From: a virus
DNA: 64,000 nt
Virus record (IMG/VR): IMGVR_UViG_3300029374_000001
Coordinates: 160,001-224,000 of that record
Strand: one strand, 5' to 3'
Shown here: positions 47,300-58,600 of the stretch, piece after piece
How positions within the stretch are numbered: position 1 is the stretch's first letter
How the letters are laid out: each line of letters starts with the position of its first letter
Translations under genes and position numbers: made by a program
The notes under the pieces: generated by a model
Databases searched by the model: none
What the model saw: only the letters and a program-made list of their open reading frames with translations
Told to the model about the DNA's origin: nothing

Positions 47300-47388
47300 A
47301 AAAAATATCCTCCTTTTGAAATAAAAATATTCATGAGGTAACAATACCTCATGAATATAATATATCATTTCAACTAAATTTATAGAAA

Positions 47389-48588
47389 TTACCAATACTG
47401 TTTTCTGCTTCTAAGTACAAATGTACAATGTTTAGCAAATCGAGTGATACCTGTATAGTCTAAATGTTTCATAATATCGCCTCCCAGCCATTCTGAGATG
47501 TATATTCCATCATTATACTGGGAACCCTGTGATAAATGCGTTGTGATACAATAGGCAAGCTCAAACCGCTCTCCTCTCGTATATTTAGAGTTGCGTAAAA
47601 CGTCTTTTTTCTCTTTGGATGCATTGAAGTATTCAAAAGAACATTTTAGATCTATAAAGGTTCTATTAAAAGCAAATGGTTTAAAATTAATTTTAAACCA
47701 TGACCGATCTTTGGATATAGAAGCTACTGTAGGATAATTAACCACTGTACCGGTTAATCCATTTGCTAAACTGATTCCGTCTAAATCATATCTCCAATTG
47801 TTTTTTCTACATATGACTTTCTCTCCATGTTCTGGAATTTTTCGTTTAGGATCTATTCCTCTTAATTGTCTCATTTTTGTATTGTATTTATCTCTGGTAA
47901 CATTCTTACCACAGAGTATCATATCTGCATTCATCAGCATATCGTCTGTTAAGTCTTCTTGCTCTATGATATCTACGTTATCATATGTACCAGGATATAA
48001 TTCTTCTCCATTTAGAATCTTATGAGCAATCTGCACAATACCAGAATCTTTATCTTGTCTCATAATCTGAGTCAATTTAAAGATATCCTTTTCTATTAAG
48101 AATGCAGGATTATCTCCAACTGGTGGTAGTTGGTTAAGATCTCCACAACAAAGAATCTTTACACCTTTATCCAATAGCTTTTGTTTTAAGCTCATAGGAA
48201 CAAAGCTGGCTTCGTCGATACAGATTAACTTTACATCTGGTGGTAATTGTTTATCTACAAAGATAAGTTTTGTTTTATATCTATTCAGATAAGCGTCATA
48301 TTGTTCAGTGTCTCTAACAAATACAGGCTTAAATATCCATGAATGAATGGTTCTTGAATTGGTTAATCCCTTAGAACGCAATACCAAAGCAGCCGTACCA
48401 GTGTAGCACATAGGAGCTACTTCCCATTCATGCAATCCCAGTCGTCTGATTACTTCTGACATAACAACGGTTTTACCGCAACCCGCTTCTCCGGTATAGC
48501 TGGAGATGGGTTCTTTAGAATTCCAGAACCAATCAATAATACGATTGACCAGTTCTTCTTGTTGCTCGGTTAAGACGACATCATTCAT
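47389..48588 (-). CDS. SF1 DNA helicase, Dda/RecD/Pif1-like
   Basis: Walker A YTGEAGCGKTVV; motif II LICIDEASFV; motif III CCGDLNQLPPVGDN; motif VI ITTHLSQGSQY. Confidence 0.75.
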   Translation of the reverse strand: MNDVVLTEQQEELVNRIIDWFWNSKEPISSYTGEAGCGKTVVMSEVIRRLGLHEWEVAPMCYTGTAALVLRSKGLTNSRTIHSWIFKPVFVRDTEQYDAYLNRYKTKLIFVDKQLPPDVKLICIDEASFVPMSLKQKLLDKGVKILCCGDLNQLPPVGDNPAFLIEKDIFKLTQIMRQDKDSGIVQIAHKILNGEELYPGTYDNVDIIEQEDLTDDMLMNADMILCGKNVTRDKYNTKMRQLRGIDPKRKIPEHGEKVICRKNNWRYDLDGISLANGLTGTVVNYPTVASISKDRSWFKINFKPFAFNRTFIDLKCSFEYFNASKEKKDVLRNSKYTRGERFELAYCITTHLSQGSQYNDGIYISEWLGGDIMKHLDYTGITRFAKHCTFVLRSRKQYW

Positions 48589-49177
48589 CTTCTTTCTTCT
48601 TTCTGGGAACTTTAGGTCTCTTACTGAAATCAAACTTATCATAAGATTCCATATCCATTCGTCTTAGTTGATCATATTCAATAATCAAACCGTCATCCAA
48701 CATCAGAATCAAATCCATATATTTCAGACAGTCTCTATTATAAATATGACCATCTAATTCTGGCTTATTGAAATAAGCAATGAATGCATATCCCGGATCA
48801 TTCATCTTTCTATTGCTAATGCCCATAGATAAGACTTCATTATTCGTATCTATTCCTAATTGGTGAACCATAAACCATCCTAAGCATTGCTGCATAAGAG
48901 CCATATTATTATATGGGTCAAACAACTTAGTATCTTCTGCACGTGTTTCTGCTAAATCACAATATGGCTTCTTAAATGGCACATATTTAAATCCATCGAA
49001 TACAAAAGCCAATGGTTTCTGAGATTGGTAGTCTATAATATCTGGACAATATAAATATCCCGTTTGTTCGTCGATCTCTAGCCCTATTCGTTGGAATACA
49101 AAGTTAGAGAATTTCATTGCATTTTCTAATTTCACTTTTTCATAATACTCTTTGTTTAGTTCGTCGCGTACTGACAT
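48581..49177 (-). CDS. hypothetical protein (198 aa)
   Basis: ORF overlapping helicase start. Confidence 0.45.
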   Translation of the reverse strand: MSVRDELNKEYYEKVKLENAMKFSNFVFQRIGLEIDEQTGYLYCPDIIDYQSQKPLAFVFDGFKYVPFKKPYCDLAETRAEDTKLFDPYNNMALMQQCLGWFMVHQLGIDTNNEVLSMGISNRKMNDPGYAFIAYFNKPELDGHIYNRDCLKYMDLILMLDDGLIIEYDQLRRMDMESYDKFDFSKRPKVPRKKKEDE

Positions 49178-49265
49178 ACTAATCTCTCCTTAGTTTAACA
49201 ATACTATAATTGAACTTACTATAGATATAATATATATTTTCTTAACGATTTGGGGGTAAATACAT

Positions 49266-49613
49266 ATGGACGACTCCAGTGGAGTATCTACAACTGCCAT
49301 AGCCATATTGTTGGATACTTGTAATAAATATGAATGTGGTAAATTCCCATTCAGACTTAGTTCATTGGTTGGACTGAAAGATAATACAACGACAATTGCT
49401 CATGCCAGCTTATCTAAGAAAAATTTATTGAATAAAAATAAAGGCAGCATACCGATTGGAAATGTAAATACGGCATCAACCATTATGCTGGAAATACCTA
49501 CAGACGTAGCCAGAAAATATCCGGTCAAATTTATTCCCCCTGGAACAAGATTTATCGTTACATTTAATAGTGGTGATATTACTAAACCAGTTATTGTAGG
49601 AGGTGAATTCTAA
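49266..49613 (+). CDS. hypothetical protein (115 aa)
   Basis: ORF. Confidence 0.4.
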   Translation: MDDSSGVSTTAIAILLDTCNKYECGKFPFRLSSLVGLKDNTTTIAHASLSKKNLLNKNKGSIPIGNVNTASTIMLEIPTDVARKYPVKFIPPGTRFIVTFNSGDITKPVIVGGEF

Positions 49614-50080
49614 TGCCATTGGTCCCAAGTGCTTCTGGAGTAATTACAGATGGGCAATCTAATCCTATCTACTCTCATACATTGGATGAATTTATTATGG
49701 CTGGTAAGAACGCTAACAATAGAATTCCATCCTTTGATAAACTCAGCTATCAGATGACACAAGCCAATATCAAGTACATCGTAAAGAATGTGCTCGATGA
49801 TTACTTAGTAGAATTGAAACGACTGTGTATCTATATCAAATTATCAAAAGAAGAGCTCAAAAAGTATAATTACAATCCCAAACGTCTTTGTGCAGATATA
49901 TATGGGAATACAGAAATGTATTATTTGATTTTATTATTGAACGGTATATGCGATGTCAAAGAATTTCATGATATGAACCCGATTCGAATGCTGCCTATTG
50001 GGGTACTAAATGATGCATTGTCTGCCATTCAGATTAATGAATTGCCCAGTATTAACAGATATAATTCTATTCACACATAA
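49613..50080 (+). CDS. hypothetical protein (155 aa)
   Basis: ATG overlaps previous stop. Confidence 0.4.
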   Translation: MPLVPSASGVITDGQSNPIYSHTLDEFIMAGKNANNRIPSFDKLSYQMTQANIKYIVKNVLDDYLVELKRLCIYIKLSKEELKKYNYNPKRLCADIYGNTEMYYLILLLNGICDVKEFHDMNPIRMLPIGVLNDALSAIQINELPSINRYNSIHT

Positions 50081-50095
50081 AAAATAAAAAAGAAT

Positions 50096-50119
50096 ACGTG
50101 AGTCGATATCGACTCACGT
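50096..50119. terminator. bidirectional hairpin terminator acgtgagtcgatatcgactcacgt
   Basis: Perfect palindrome between convergent genes, flanked by A/T tracts. Confidence 0.6.
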
Positions 50120-51916
50120 AGTACTTATTGTGACATATTTGCTTAGGTCATCTAATTGTAATACTACACCATAAGATGATAAGAACTTTCTTAGATTTTC
50201 TACTCGAACTTCTTCTGGAGTAGATTCTTCATCGAATAGTGTAACCGCATCTACCAATTTACCAGCACTCTTTAATCCAGTTGCATAATTACCACCACTG
50301 AATCCAATATCTGCTAAAGACTTCTCTTTGATCTTCTGTGTTGCTTCATCTTTAGAGATATAGGTAACTGCTGAATTAGTAAACGTTGATGTATGTGGAT
50401 TAGAAGTCAATGACCGAACTCCTAATGTAGGTTTATTATAATCTTCTTGTAATTTGATCGGGCATTCTATTGAATAAGGTTGATAGAATGTATTGAATGT
50501 CGTATTTCCACCATATCTTCTCTTAACTGCTTTGAACCCCAAATATTTAATTTTCTTCTCTTGATCCATCCAGAATGGTACTAAGAATATTGAATAATCT
50601 AAGTTTTCATTAATCAGTCCAGACTCACCAATATAATAACTGTCAATGCTGGACATAACCTTATCATATTCTCCCGTATCTCTCTTAGGAATAATATCCT
50701 TAGACCCTTCTCTATTCAATTGTGATGCAGTAATGAATGAGAGTTGATAATCAATTGCAATTGCTCTAAATTCATTACTGATAACCCCTAATTTTAATCT
50801 TTCGTCATCTTCTCTAATTGAGGGCATAATACGTTTCATATAGTCTTGAATGACTGCAATTGTTTCATATCCCTCATCGGCAAATTGATCGATCTTATCT
50901 CTGATATACTGTGTAGTAACAGAATATACAGACTTATATATATATACAAACTTAATTCCATCTGGATCATTGAAAATGGAATTGTTCCACATATCTAAGA
51001 TCTGTTCTGCTGTATATCGTTGATCTCTAATATCAATATTATACCCAGCCATATTTAACAACAATTGCATATCTTCTTGCAATCTGTTTTCCATACTGAA
51101 GTATAACAATAAAGGTTTCTTAGTTTTATCTCTACAGATATAACCTTTATTATGCTTTAAGATATTGATAGCGATTTCTTTAAGAGTTGTCGATTTACCT
51201 TCCCCAGGTAATGCGAAGAAACAATATTCTCGAGATTGTTCAAAGCCTCCTCTCAATAATTCATTCAGCATAGTAATGCCCGTTTTTAATACATGAGAGG
51301 GTTCTCGGATTTCTTTGATACATTCTAATAGCTTAATATTTCGAACTTCATCATTCAATCCGATTTCGTTTTCTTCTTCGACTACTTTATGCTGAATTAA
51401 AGCCTTATGCGTTTCTGAGATTTCATCTCTTAATGCGTCAATATTTTGATCCATATTTTGTGTATTGGAAATCATAATATTGATGGCTAAGTCTTTCATT
51501 TTCTCAGCATGGTCGAATATATATAAATTATCCGCATACTTAGGGATAACTGTACTTTCAATATAATTAACGTCGTTGCTATTCAATTCTCTGAAAGAAT
51601 TGAAATCAATATCGGGATACTTATTTCCAGAAGCTCCCAATACTTCTTCTAAAACTAATTGTTTATTATTGATTCTGTGGTTAATCTTAGTATTAACGAT
51701 ATCTCTGCAAAGCAATAATCTTTCTTTGCTTGCAGGATCCGATTCATATTCTGTTTCATCTATATTCTCTACAATATTTCGTAGAGCAACTAAAGCGGAT
51801 GGTCTAATATGTTCATTTTCACTCAACGCATAAGTACAAAACCCATCTAACGTTGATAAGGATAATTTCAGAACTGTTTTACCATCCTTTTTGAATAGTT
51901 TCTTTTTCTCCTTCAA
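50114..51916 (-). CDS. DnaB-family replicative helicase (600 aa, with N-terminal extension)
   Basis: Walker A FALPGEGKST; LLYFSMENRLQ (SLEM-like); Walker B IAVIQDYMK; ITASQLNREGSKD (DnaB H3 SQLNR). Confidence 0.75.
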   Translation of the reverse strand: MKEKKKLFKKDGKTVLKLSLSTLDGFCTYALSENEHIRPSALVALRNIVENIDETEYESDPASKERLLLCRDIVNTKINHRINNKQLVLEEVLGASGNKYPDIDFNSFRELNSNDVNYIESTVIPKYADNLYIFDHAEKMKDLAINIMISNTQNMDQNIDALRDEISETHKALIQHKVVEEENEIGLNDEVRNIKLLECIKEIREPSHVLKTGITMLNELLRGGFEQSREYCFFALPGEGKSTTLKEIAINILKHNKGYICRDKTKKPLLLYFSMENRLQEDMQLLLNMAGYNIDIRDQRYTAEQILDMWNNSIFNDPDGIKFVYIYKSVYSVTTQYIRDKIDQFADEGYETIAVIQDYMKRIMPSIREDDERLKLGVISNEFRAIAIDYQLSFITASQLNREGSKDIIPKRDTGEYDKVMSSIDSYYIGESGLINENLDYSIFLVPFWMDQEKKIKYLGFKAVKRRYGGNTTFNTFYQPYSIECPIKLQEDYNKPTLGVRSLTSNPHTSTFTNSAVTYISKDEATQKIKEKSLADIGFSGGNYATGLKSAGKLVDAVTLFDEESTPEEVRVENLRKFLSSYGVVLQLDDLSKYVTISTT

Positions 51917-51955
51917 AGATAATCATCCTCTCCCAAATGTTAATTTGGTGTTGTA

Positions 51956-53086
51956 CTATAAATCATTTAGAATATCTACCAAATCTTTAGGAGTAATAAA
52001 GACTGTATTCATACATTGATTAATATACCGAGTGAGTTTTACTTCAGGAGATATATTTGGATCAAAGATGTAATTATATTCTTCATACTTCTCTTTGGCT
52101 TCTTCCATGGATTTGACTACAGTTTCATCTTTCGCTTTATTTAGAATGGATACATTCTTATTATTGCGATAGAATGTCTGTAGCGCATTGATAGTATCTG
52201 GATTGTTTTGAGTGATTTCTAAACGAATGAATTTAATTTGTTCATTTCGTACTCTATCCTCAATATAATCGATAATCTTCTTAGGATCTTTATGAATCAT
52301 ATCATCTAAATTCATAGTGATATATTTATCAGATATAATAGGCTCAAAGTCTAATGCATATCGATGAGTCGTTATATCTTGTAACAGAATATAAAATCCT
52401 TTTTCACCCTCATCTCCAAATGTCCACCGATAAGGTGAACCACAATAATAGAAATGAGAATCAAAACAAGCTGCTTGATGTACATGACCTGATATAATAG
52501 GACCCAAACAATATTGGAAATCTTCCATACAAAATACTGGTTCTCTTTGAGAATCTAAATCTGGAGAATTCTTTCCAAAGATAGCTCCTACATAAGTTCC
52601 ATGCATATAACAAGCATCATATAATCCAGAATTCCTTAAGAATCCATTATAGAATTCTTTTCCTTTACCATATAATTCTGGAATACATAGAATCTTCTTT
52701 CCTTTGACATATTCAAACTTCACATTTTCTATGATACGAATATCGGTATTAGATGATCTTTCTGCTAAAGGATAAAACAGTTTGATCTGATCCGCATCAT
52801 GAGAATATGTCCCAGCAATAATCATCAGAGTAGCATGTTTCTCTTCACATACTCTGATTAAGTCAGTAATAAAATAACAAGCTACAGATACAGCATCCGA
52901 GTTTGCCATAAATTTATGATGAAATATATCTCCGTTGACAGAAACTATATCCAGAATAGGCATAGCTTCTAGTTTAGATATATACTGCTCTTTTAAAATT
53001 TTGTATTGATATTTTGGATCTAATGCTCCAAAATGTAGATCGGCTATATGAGCCTCAATAAACATTCCATTTGGATTTAAACTCAT
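51956..53086 (-). CDS. Mre11/SbcD-like calcineurin-fold metallophosphoesterase
   Basis: Motifs HIADLHFG, NGDIFH, AGTYSHD, GHVHQ; RBS agggaggaa. Confidence 0.65.
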   Translation of the reverse strand: MSLNPNGMFIEAHIADLHFGALDPKYQYKILKEQYISKLEAMPILDIVSVNGDIFHHKFMANSDAVSVACYFITDLIRVCEEKHATLMIIAGTYSHDADQIKLFYPLAERSSNTDIRIIENVKFEYVKGKKILCIPELYGKGKEFYNGFLRNSGLYDACYMHGTYVGAIFGKNSPDLDSQREPVFCMEDFQYCLGPIISGHVHQAACFDSHFYYCGSPYRWTFGDEGEKGFYILLQDITTHRYALDFEPIISDKYITMNLDDMIHKDPKKIIDYIEDRVRNEQIKFIRLEITQNNPDTINALQTFYRNNKNVSILNKAKDETVVKSMEEAKEKYEEYNYIFDPNISPEVKLTRYINQCMNTVFITPKDLVDILNDL

Positions 53087-53195
53087 AGTTTTCCTCCCTA
53101 GATTTGGTTATGTTTTTGTTTATTAATGATTGTATTTCTAATATATAATATATCCTTGTAAATCTTTTAACTTAGTAAATAATATCCACTGGAGA

Positions 53196-53789
53196 TTACT
53201 CTCCAGTGGAATTCTTATTGGGTTTCTTAAACATCACTTGGTCAATTATTTCTGTATATACATACCACACATGATCTATGATTTCCTCTTTAAGCAATTC
53301 GATAATATCTTTTTTATACTTCATCAAAACAGATGGAGTATCTACTCGCATATACGTATCGGTACCCTCTCCAAATGAGCATACCAAATTGGTTAAGCAA
53401 GGAGATGTATTGATATTCAAATCGATACGAATACACATATGATTATCTCTGGAGCTCAATTGACATATGATGACAGTATTGTTATCTACCAAAGCATCTT
53501 TTTTAATAGTATAAATAAACTGGTTGGGTCTATTAGGATCATCATAAAACTTAGATATACCGGTTAATTGATTGACCGGTATCCGATGTGCATTATCCAT
53601 AAACATAATGAATTCGTAGATAAGCTCTTCTATAGAATCTATATGGAATATAATATCTAATAATTTCTGTCTCATTAACCAATAGAGGATTGGTCTAAGT
53701 ATATAATAAAAAGGTTTGCTCCATATATGTGTGATCATATAGTTTAGAGGGTATGTACATTTAACATATAAATCCATAAATGCCGTCAT
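53196..53789 (-). CDS. hypothetical protein (197 aa)
   Basis: ORF. Confidence 0.45.
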   Translation of the reverse strand: MTAFMDLYVKCTYPLNYMITHIWSKPFYYILRPILYWLMRQKLLDIIFHIDSIEELIYEFIMFMDNAHRIPVNQLTGISKFYDDPNRPNQFIYTIKKDALVDNNTVIICQLSSRDNHMCIRIDLNINTSPCLTNLVCSFGEGTDTYMRVDTPSVLMKYKKDIIELLKEEIIDHVWYVYTEIIDQVMFKKPNKNSTGE

Positions 53790-54583
53790 ACAATATCATC
53801 CCCATTACACATCGTTTTATATTCGTATTCTGAAGTAGACAATCTAAAATAAGAGTTCAATAATGAGAAGAATGTATCGGAAGCGTGTTGCATAAATTGA
53901 GCTCCATTAGGCGTATGCAGATCAATGTAATTGGATTCATAAGACCCATCAGTTTTAGATAGTCTTAAGATCATACAACTATCAATATCATATCCATAAT
54001 TCAAATTGATCAGATATCGATAAGCTGCTAATTGATAGAAATATTCTGGTTTGATTGCATTGGATGTTTTAAAATCCACCAGCATCTTTTCTCCATTGAT
54101 ATCCAAGAGAAGATCATAGGTTCCACCATACCATGGGCATGCCATTTTTTGTTCTTCTCCAATAACTTTGACCGTATACATTTCTTTTAATGAATCCCAC
54201 CAAGAATGGAAGGCAGCAATACAACTTTCAGATTCTTTGAGTTCTGTAATATCCTTAATATCATTTTGGATATAGTTCTCTATATAATTATGGGTTTCTG
54301 TTCCTATAGCGGCAGCAGCATTAAGAGCTTTATGATAACCAATATGCTTAAATCCTAAGCTATTGGCCCATGATGCAATTCCTGGTCTACCAATTGTTTT
54401 GTCTAATATAGAAGTTACTCTCGGCACGTTGACTCCATTGTATGTATATCTATCTGGTGCTTTTATTCCCTTAATATCTTTTAACGTAGGATAATCTTTA
54501 GAAATGAGATCTAATAATTGATCGGTTGTTTTGGTGTCCATAATAATCCTCCTTAAAACTCTTATGATAATGTATTTATACAA
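53786..54583 (-). CDS. RecB-family / Cas4-like PD-(D/E)XK exonuclease
   Basis: Motifs RVTSIL, GTETH, GGTYDLLLD...LVDFKTS, QLAAY (QxxxY). Confidence 0.6.
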   Translation of the reverse strand: MYKYIIIRVLRRIIMDTKTTDQLLDLISKDYPTLKDIKGIKAPDRYTYNGVNVPRVTSILDKTIGRPGIASWANSLGFKHIGYHKALNAAAAIGTETHNYIENYIQNDIKDITELKESESCIAAFHSWWDSLKEMYTVKVIGEEQKMACPWYGGTYDLLLDINGEKMLVDFKTSNAIKPEYFYQLAAYRYLINLNYGYDIDSCMILRLSKTDGSYESNYIDLHTPNGAQFMQHASDTFFSLLNSYFRLSTSEYEYKTMCNGDDIV

Positions 54584-54670
54584 ATAGATTGCTAATTAAT
54601 CTGGAAAACATACTAATAACTATTGAGTTTGTACAGAAACTAACTTAAATAAGAAAGGAAGACTGAAATT

Positions 54671-55618
54671 ATGTCAGACGTAAAATCTACAGCATCCCCA
54701 ATTACCAGTTGCTTTATATACAACAAGATGGCTGGATATACTAAGATTATGACTGATGCGATTATGCATGCAGAGAGAATCAATAAAAATACAGAAGCAT
54801 TTGTAGAAGATGTAGCCTTAGAAGTTAAGAGAGCCAATGTTCCTACAAACACTCTTAAGATTTTGAATTCTAAGAATACTCATTTGATTTGGCCTAAAGA
54901 TTCACTTCCCAGACCAATCAAAGTATTTGCAGCTAAAGATCTGAAAGGCAATAAAAAGATCAACGTATTTATTGATTGCACCAATGTTATTAAAACTGGT
55001 GCTAATGGAAGATATAAAGTTAATACGAATGTATTACTGGCTTATATTTATTCTGCAAAACTGAATATGATGTATTATGGTATTCCTGGCGTATTCTCTA
55101 AGAGATCTGCAGATACTACATTATATACAAGAGCTTATGCAAAACTCTTTACACATATTATAGACTATATCGGAAATATCTCTGTTATTCCAGATAATAG
55201 AGAAAAGATGATGTATATGGCTTCTAAGTTCTTCTTAAATTCTATATTAGCTATTTCCGATGAAGATAAGATTGAATCCATTGCAGTTAAAGCTGCTGGG
55301 ATTACTCAGTCTCAAGCCAATATATTTAGCATCCGTACAGAAGGATTAGATTTTGATTCTTTACCTGGATTTGTAGATACAGTTAAAGAAGTATTTAAAC
55401 TGGATAAGCTGACTATTGGTTTAGTTCTGGAAAAATGGATGTTCTTATATGGAGCTGGATCTATTTTGGGAATCGAATTCTTGCCATCATTCCTGACAAT
55501 GGTTACAGATGCATATTGCGGAGTTTATCTCAATAACCAGAAAACAATTGAGAAGATTCTGAATAAAGACTTAGTAGAAATGGGCAAGATTCTAATCTAC
55601 GAAAATACTAATATTTAA
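54671..55618 (+). CDS. hypothetical protein (315 aa)
   Basis: ORF. Confidence 0.45.
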   Translation: MSDVKSTASPITSCFIYNKMAGYTKIMTDAIMHAERINKNTEAFVEDVALEVKRANVPTNTLKILNSKNTHLIWPKDSLPRPIKVFAAKDLKGNKKINVFIDCTNVIKTGANGRYKVNTNVLLAYIYSAKLNMMYYGIPGVFSKRSADTTLYTRAYAKLFTHIIDYIGNISVIPDNREKMMYMASKFFLNSILAISDEDKIESIAVKAAGITQSQANIFSIRTEGLDFDSLPGFVDTVKEVFKLDKLTIGLVLEKWMFLYGAGSILGIEFLPSFLTMVTDAYCGVYLNNQKTIEKILNKDLVEMGKILIYENTNI

Positions 55619-55684
55619 TTTGATCATAAATAATTGGGTGAAGGTTAATGCCTTCATCCATTATTTTTAAGAAGGTGAGAATTA

Positions 55685-58600
55685 ATGGATTATGACGTTC
55701 TGATTAATTTACGATTCAGAAAGAATGAAGGATCAACAGATTTAGCAAAAACAACATGGAATTCCATGGTCATTCATAAAAACGTGCGAACAGAATCTAT
55801 CGATTATTCTGCGGCCGGAAGATTTACTGGGGAATGTGCATATTTTGATGGGGAAATTTCTCAGTTAAAGAAAATGAATGGTGGAAAGTTTACCATTAAT
55901 GGAACCACAGATATGACGATATCGGTATGGTTTAATAGTGATCCGACAGAATCCAATCTGAATCAATATTTTATCAATGGGAATAGTCTGAATAAGACAG
56001 ATAACAATTCCTTCTATATGAAGTATGATGACGTTCATCATACATTAAAATTAGTATTGGTAGATAGAGCGCATAGAAAAATAGAATCGAATGATATTTC
56101 CGCTTTATATAAGAAGAATGAATGGAATCATATTGCCGCTATCAGAAGTAATGGACAGACAGGATTGTATCTGAATGGGCAGTTAGTATCTACATTAAAT
56201 GGAGCTTCTGCTATCTATGAGTTTACTTCTTCTGTATGTATGGTTGGTAAAGGATATGATGAAGATCATTTGATCTTTGGAACAATGAAGGGATATCTGG
56301 ATGATTTAGTTGTTATGAGACATGCTCTGACAATTAATGCAGATAGTACAATTGATGTTCCTACCGACTATTTGATGAATATTATTGATCCTGCTTTAAC
56401 CGAAGAATCTCCAGAAAACATATGGACAGAAGATGAACGAGAATATTCCAGATATGATGATATTGTAAATACTATCGAATGGAAACGATTCAATACTAAA
56501 AGAGCCATTTATTATAGACAACATGGATTGATTCCTTATCGCTTAAATGAAGTTTATGAACCAATTGATACCAATATTCCCGACTGGATTAGACCTGTTA
56601 TACATGGAGCCTATTCTGTACTGGATAAGGTCTCTTATAATTCTGGAGATCTATATGCCAGCAATAAGAATAAGAATGATTCTATTCCAGGAACCAATAA
56701 AGATTGGACACAGATCGATTGGGCTTCTAACAATCACCCGACGTGGTCTCTAAGAAAAGCAATGTACAAATATATGCAGAAATGTATATATAAGAAGAGA
56801 GTTTATCAATCTCAGATTAACTATAACAAGGATGTACCTTGCTATTGGTTAAAAGTAGATGAAACTGAAGTGGATGTTCCTGAAGATACTCCAAAATGGA
56901 CTGACTACGATGTCTATAAAGAAAATGATTTGGTCAGATATAATGATATTGCTTATCAATCTACTATAGCTAATAATATTAATCATACTCCTGGAGATAT
57001 CTCTAAATGGAAAGAAGTTGGAGGAAGTCTGAGTTCTTTAGAAGACTGGTCTGAACCCAATCCATTTATGAAAGGTGATATTGTTAAACAAGATGGTGTA
57101 CTATACTATTCTAACGTAGATGATAATATATTTGAACCTAAGACTCATATCGTACAATGGACTCCATTCTTAGCCTGGAAGATGTGTACTTATACTAATA
57201 CATATCAAAAGGGAGATAAAGTAGATTATAATGGACAGACTTTTGTTTGTACTCAAAACGAATCTCATTTAGCCCCTGACGAATATAGAAGCAGATTCTT
57301 CTATAAATCTTTGGTTAATAATAATAAAGCCATTCCTGGAGCATCTTCTTCTTGGAAGAGAATCTATGAGTCCGATTTAACCGTAGATCAGATACAGAGA
57401 GCTTCTGAACATAAGAAAGGTGTTTCTTATAATAAAAATACATTGGTTAAAGTGACTGATGGAGATTGGTATCTGACAACCAATGCAGATATATATGCTA
57501 AAGACGGGGTCTTTGTTGTTAATAGAGACTATAATGCAATTGGTATTAGACTCTATAGTGCAGTAGATAATTTCTTCTTAAGCAATAATATCAATAGACA
57601 GAAGTTCAATATGAATTATCTGACAGCATATAAGACCAAATGGATTGGTGGATATATGCTGATGATCAATGGAAAATTTATTCCGTGGGAAGATATTAAT
57701 GTTGTACGATCTGATCGATATGTAACTTTGTTTGTATCTAAGCTGCCTAGACAAACTCAGATAAAAAAAGTAGATTTAATTCATATTCCATTTAGAGTAA
57801 CATATTCTGATCATGGATTTATTCCTGAGAAGGGTATTAAGTTATTTGGGTTTGAGAAAAATAAATCTTGTGGGAATGATTATATTATATCCACGACTAA
57901 TACCAATGTAAGATGCTTGGAATATTCTGGAACTAGATTTGATAATTTGTATTTAGATACAAATCTAACTCATAAGATTACCAAAGCCAATATCTATGTA
58001 TTCAAAGAAGATGGAACTCTAATTGATCAGGATAAATATACCATATCTGCCGCCAATATATTCAATATGACAACAGATGGTAAAACGAAATATAGAGTCA
58101 TCGTTATTTGGTATATCAATGAAAATCAGTCTGAAGATAATTTGTCTTTGATTCCAAATATGGAAGATGTCAGAAAATATGTTATCTATCCAGATACAGA
58201 TCAAGATAAAGCTCCTATCAGTTTACAATATTTAAAGACTGAATTTGATTTTGGTCATGTACATCAGAAAACCTTTGATGATAATATCGATACTTCTATG
58301 GGATATATCTTTGGATATAATAAGAACAAATACGATGAGGTTTATGAACACGTTAGACCAGTTAATATGGAAGAATACTCAGAAGAAACTATGAATTGTT
58401 TAAAGAGAACAATCAAAATTCTTTTGACAGAAAATGATCTAGACGTATTACTACATTCCTATGTAATGGTCAATGATTATACGTTGGTAGAATTGACTGA
58501 GCAGAATAAAAATAAGTTTTTGAATAAAACGATCTTTATGAAGCTTAGAAAAGAAATTCCTATTCGTATTACTTCATCAAATGTAAATAAACTGATTGGT

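Noticed and set aside
46847-47395. ORF-track start codons at 47395, 16983, 29543, 39117 and 48642
   Set aside because: These upstream starts lack RBSs and, for 47395, run through a hairpin/promoter-like intergenic element. Internal ATGs with strong aaaggagg-type RBSs are more plausible and are used in the feature table.
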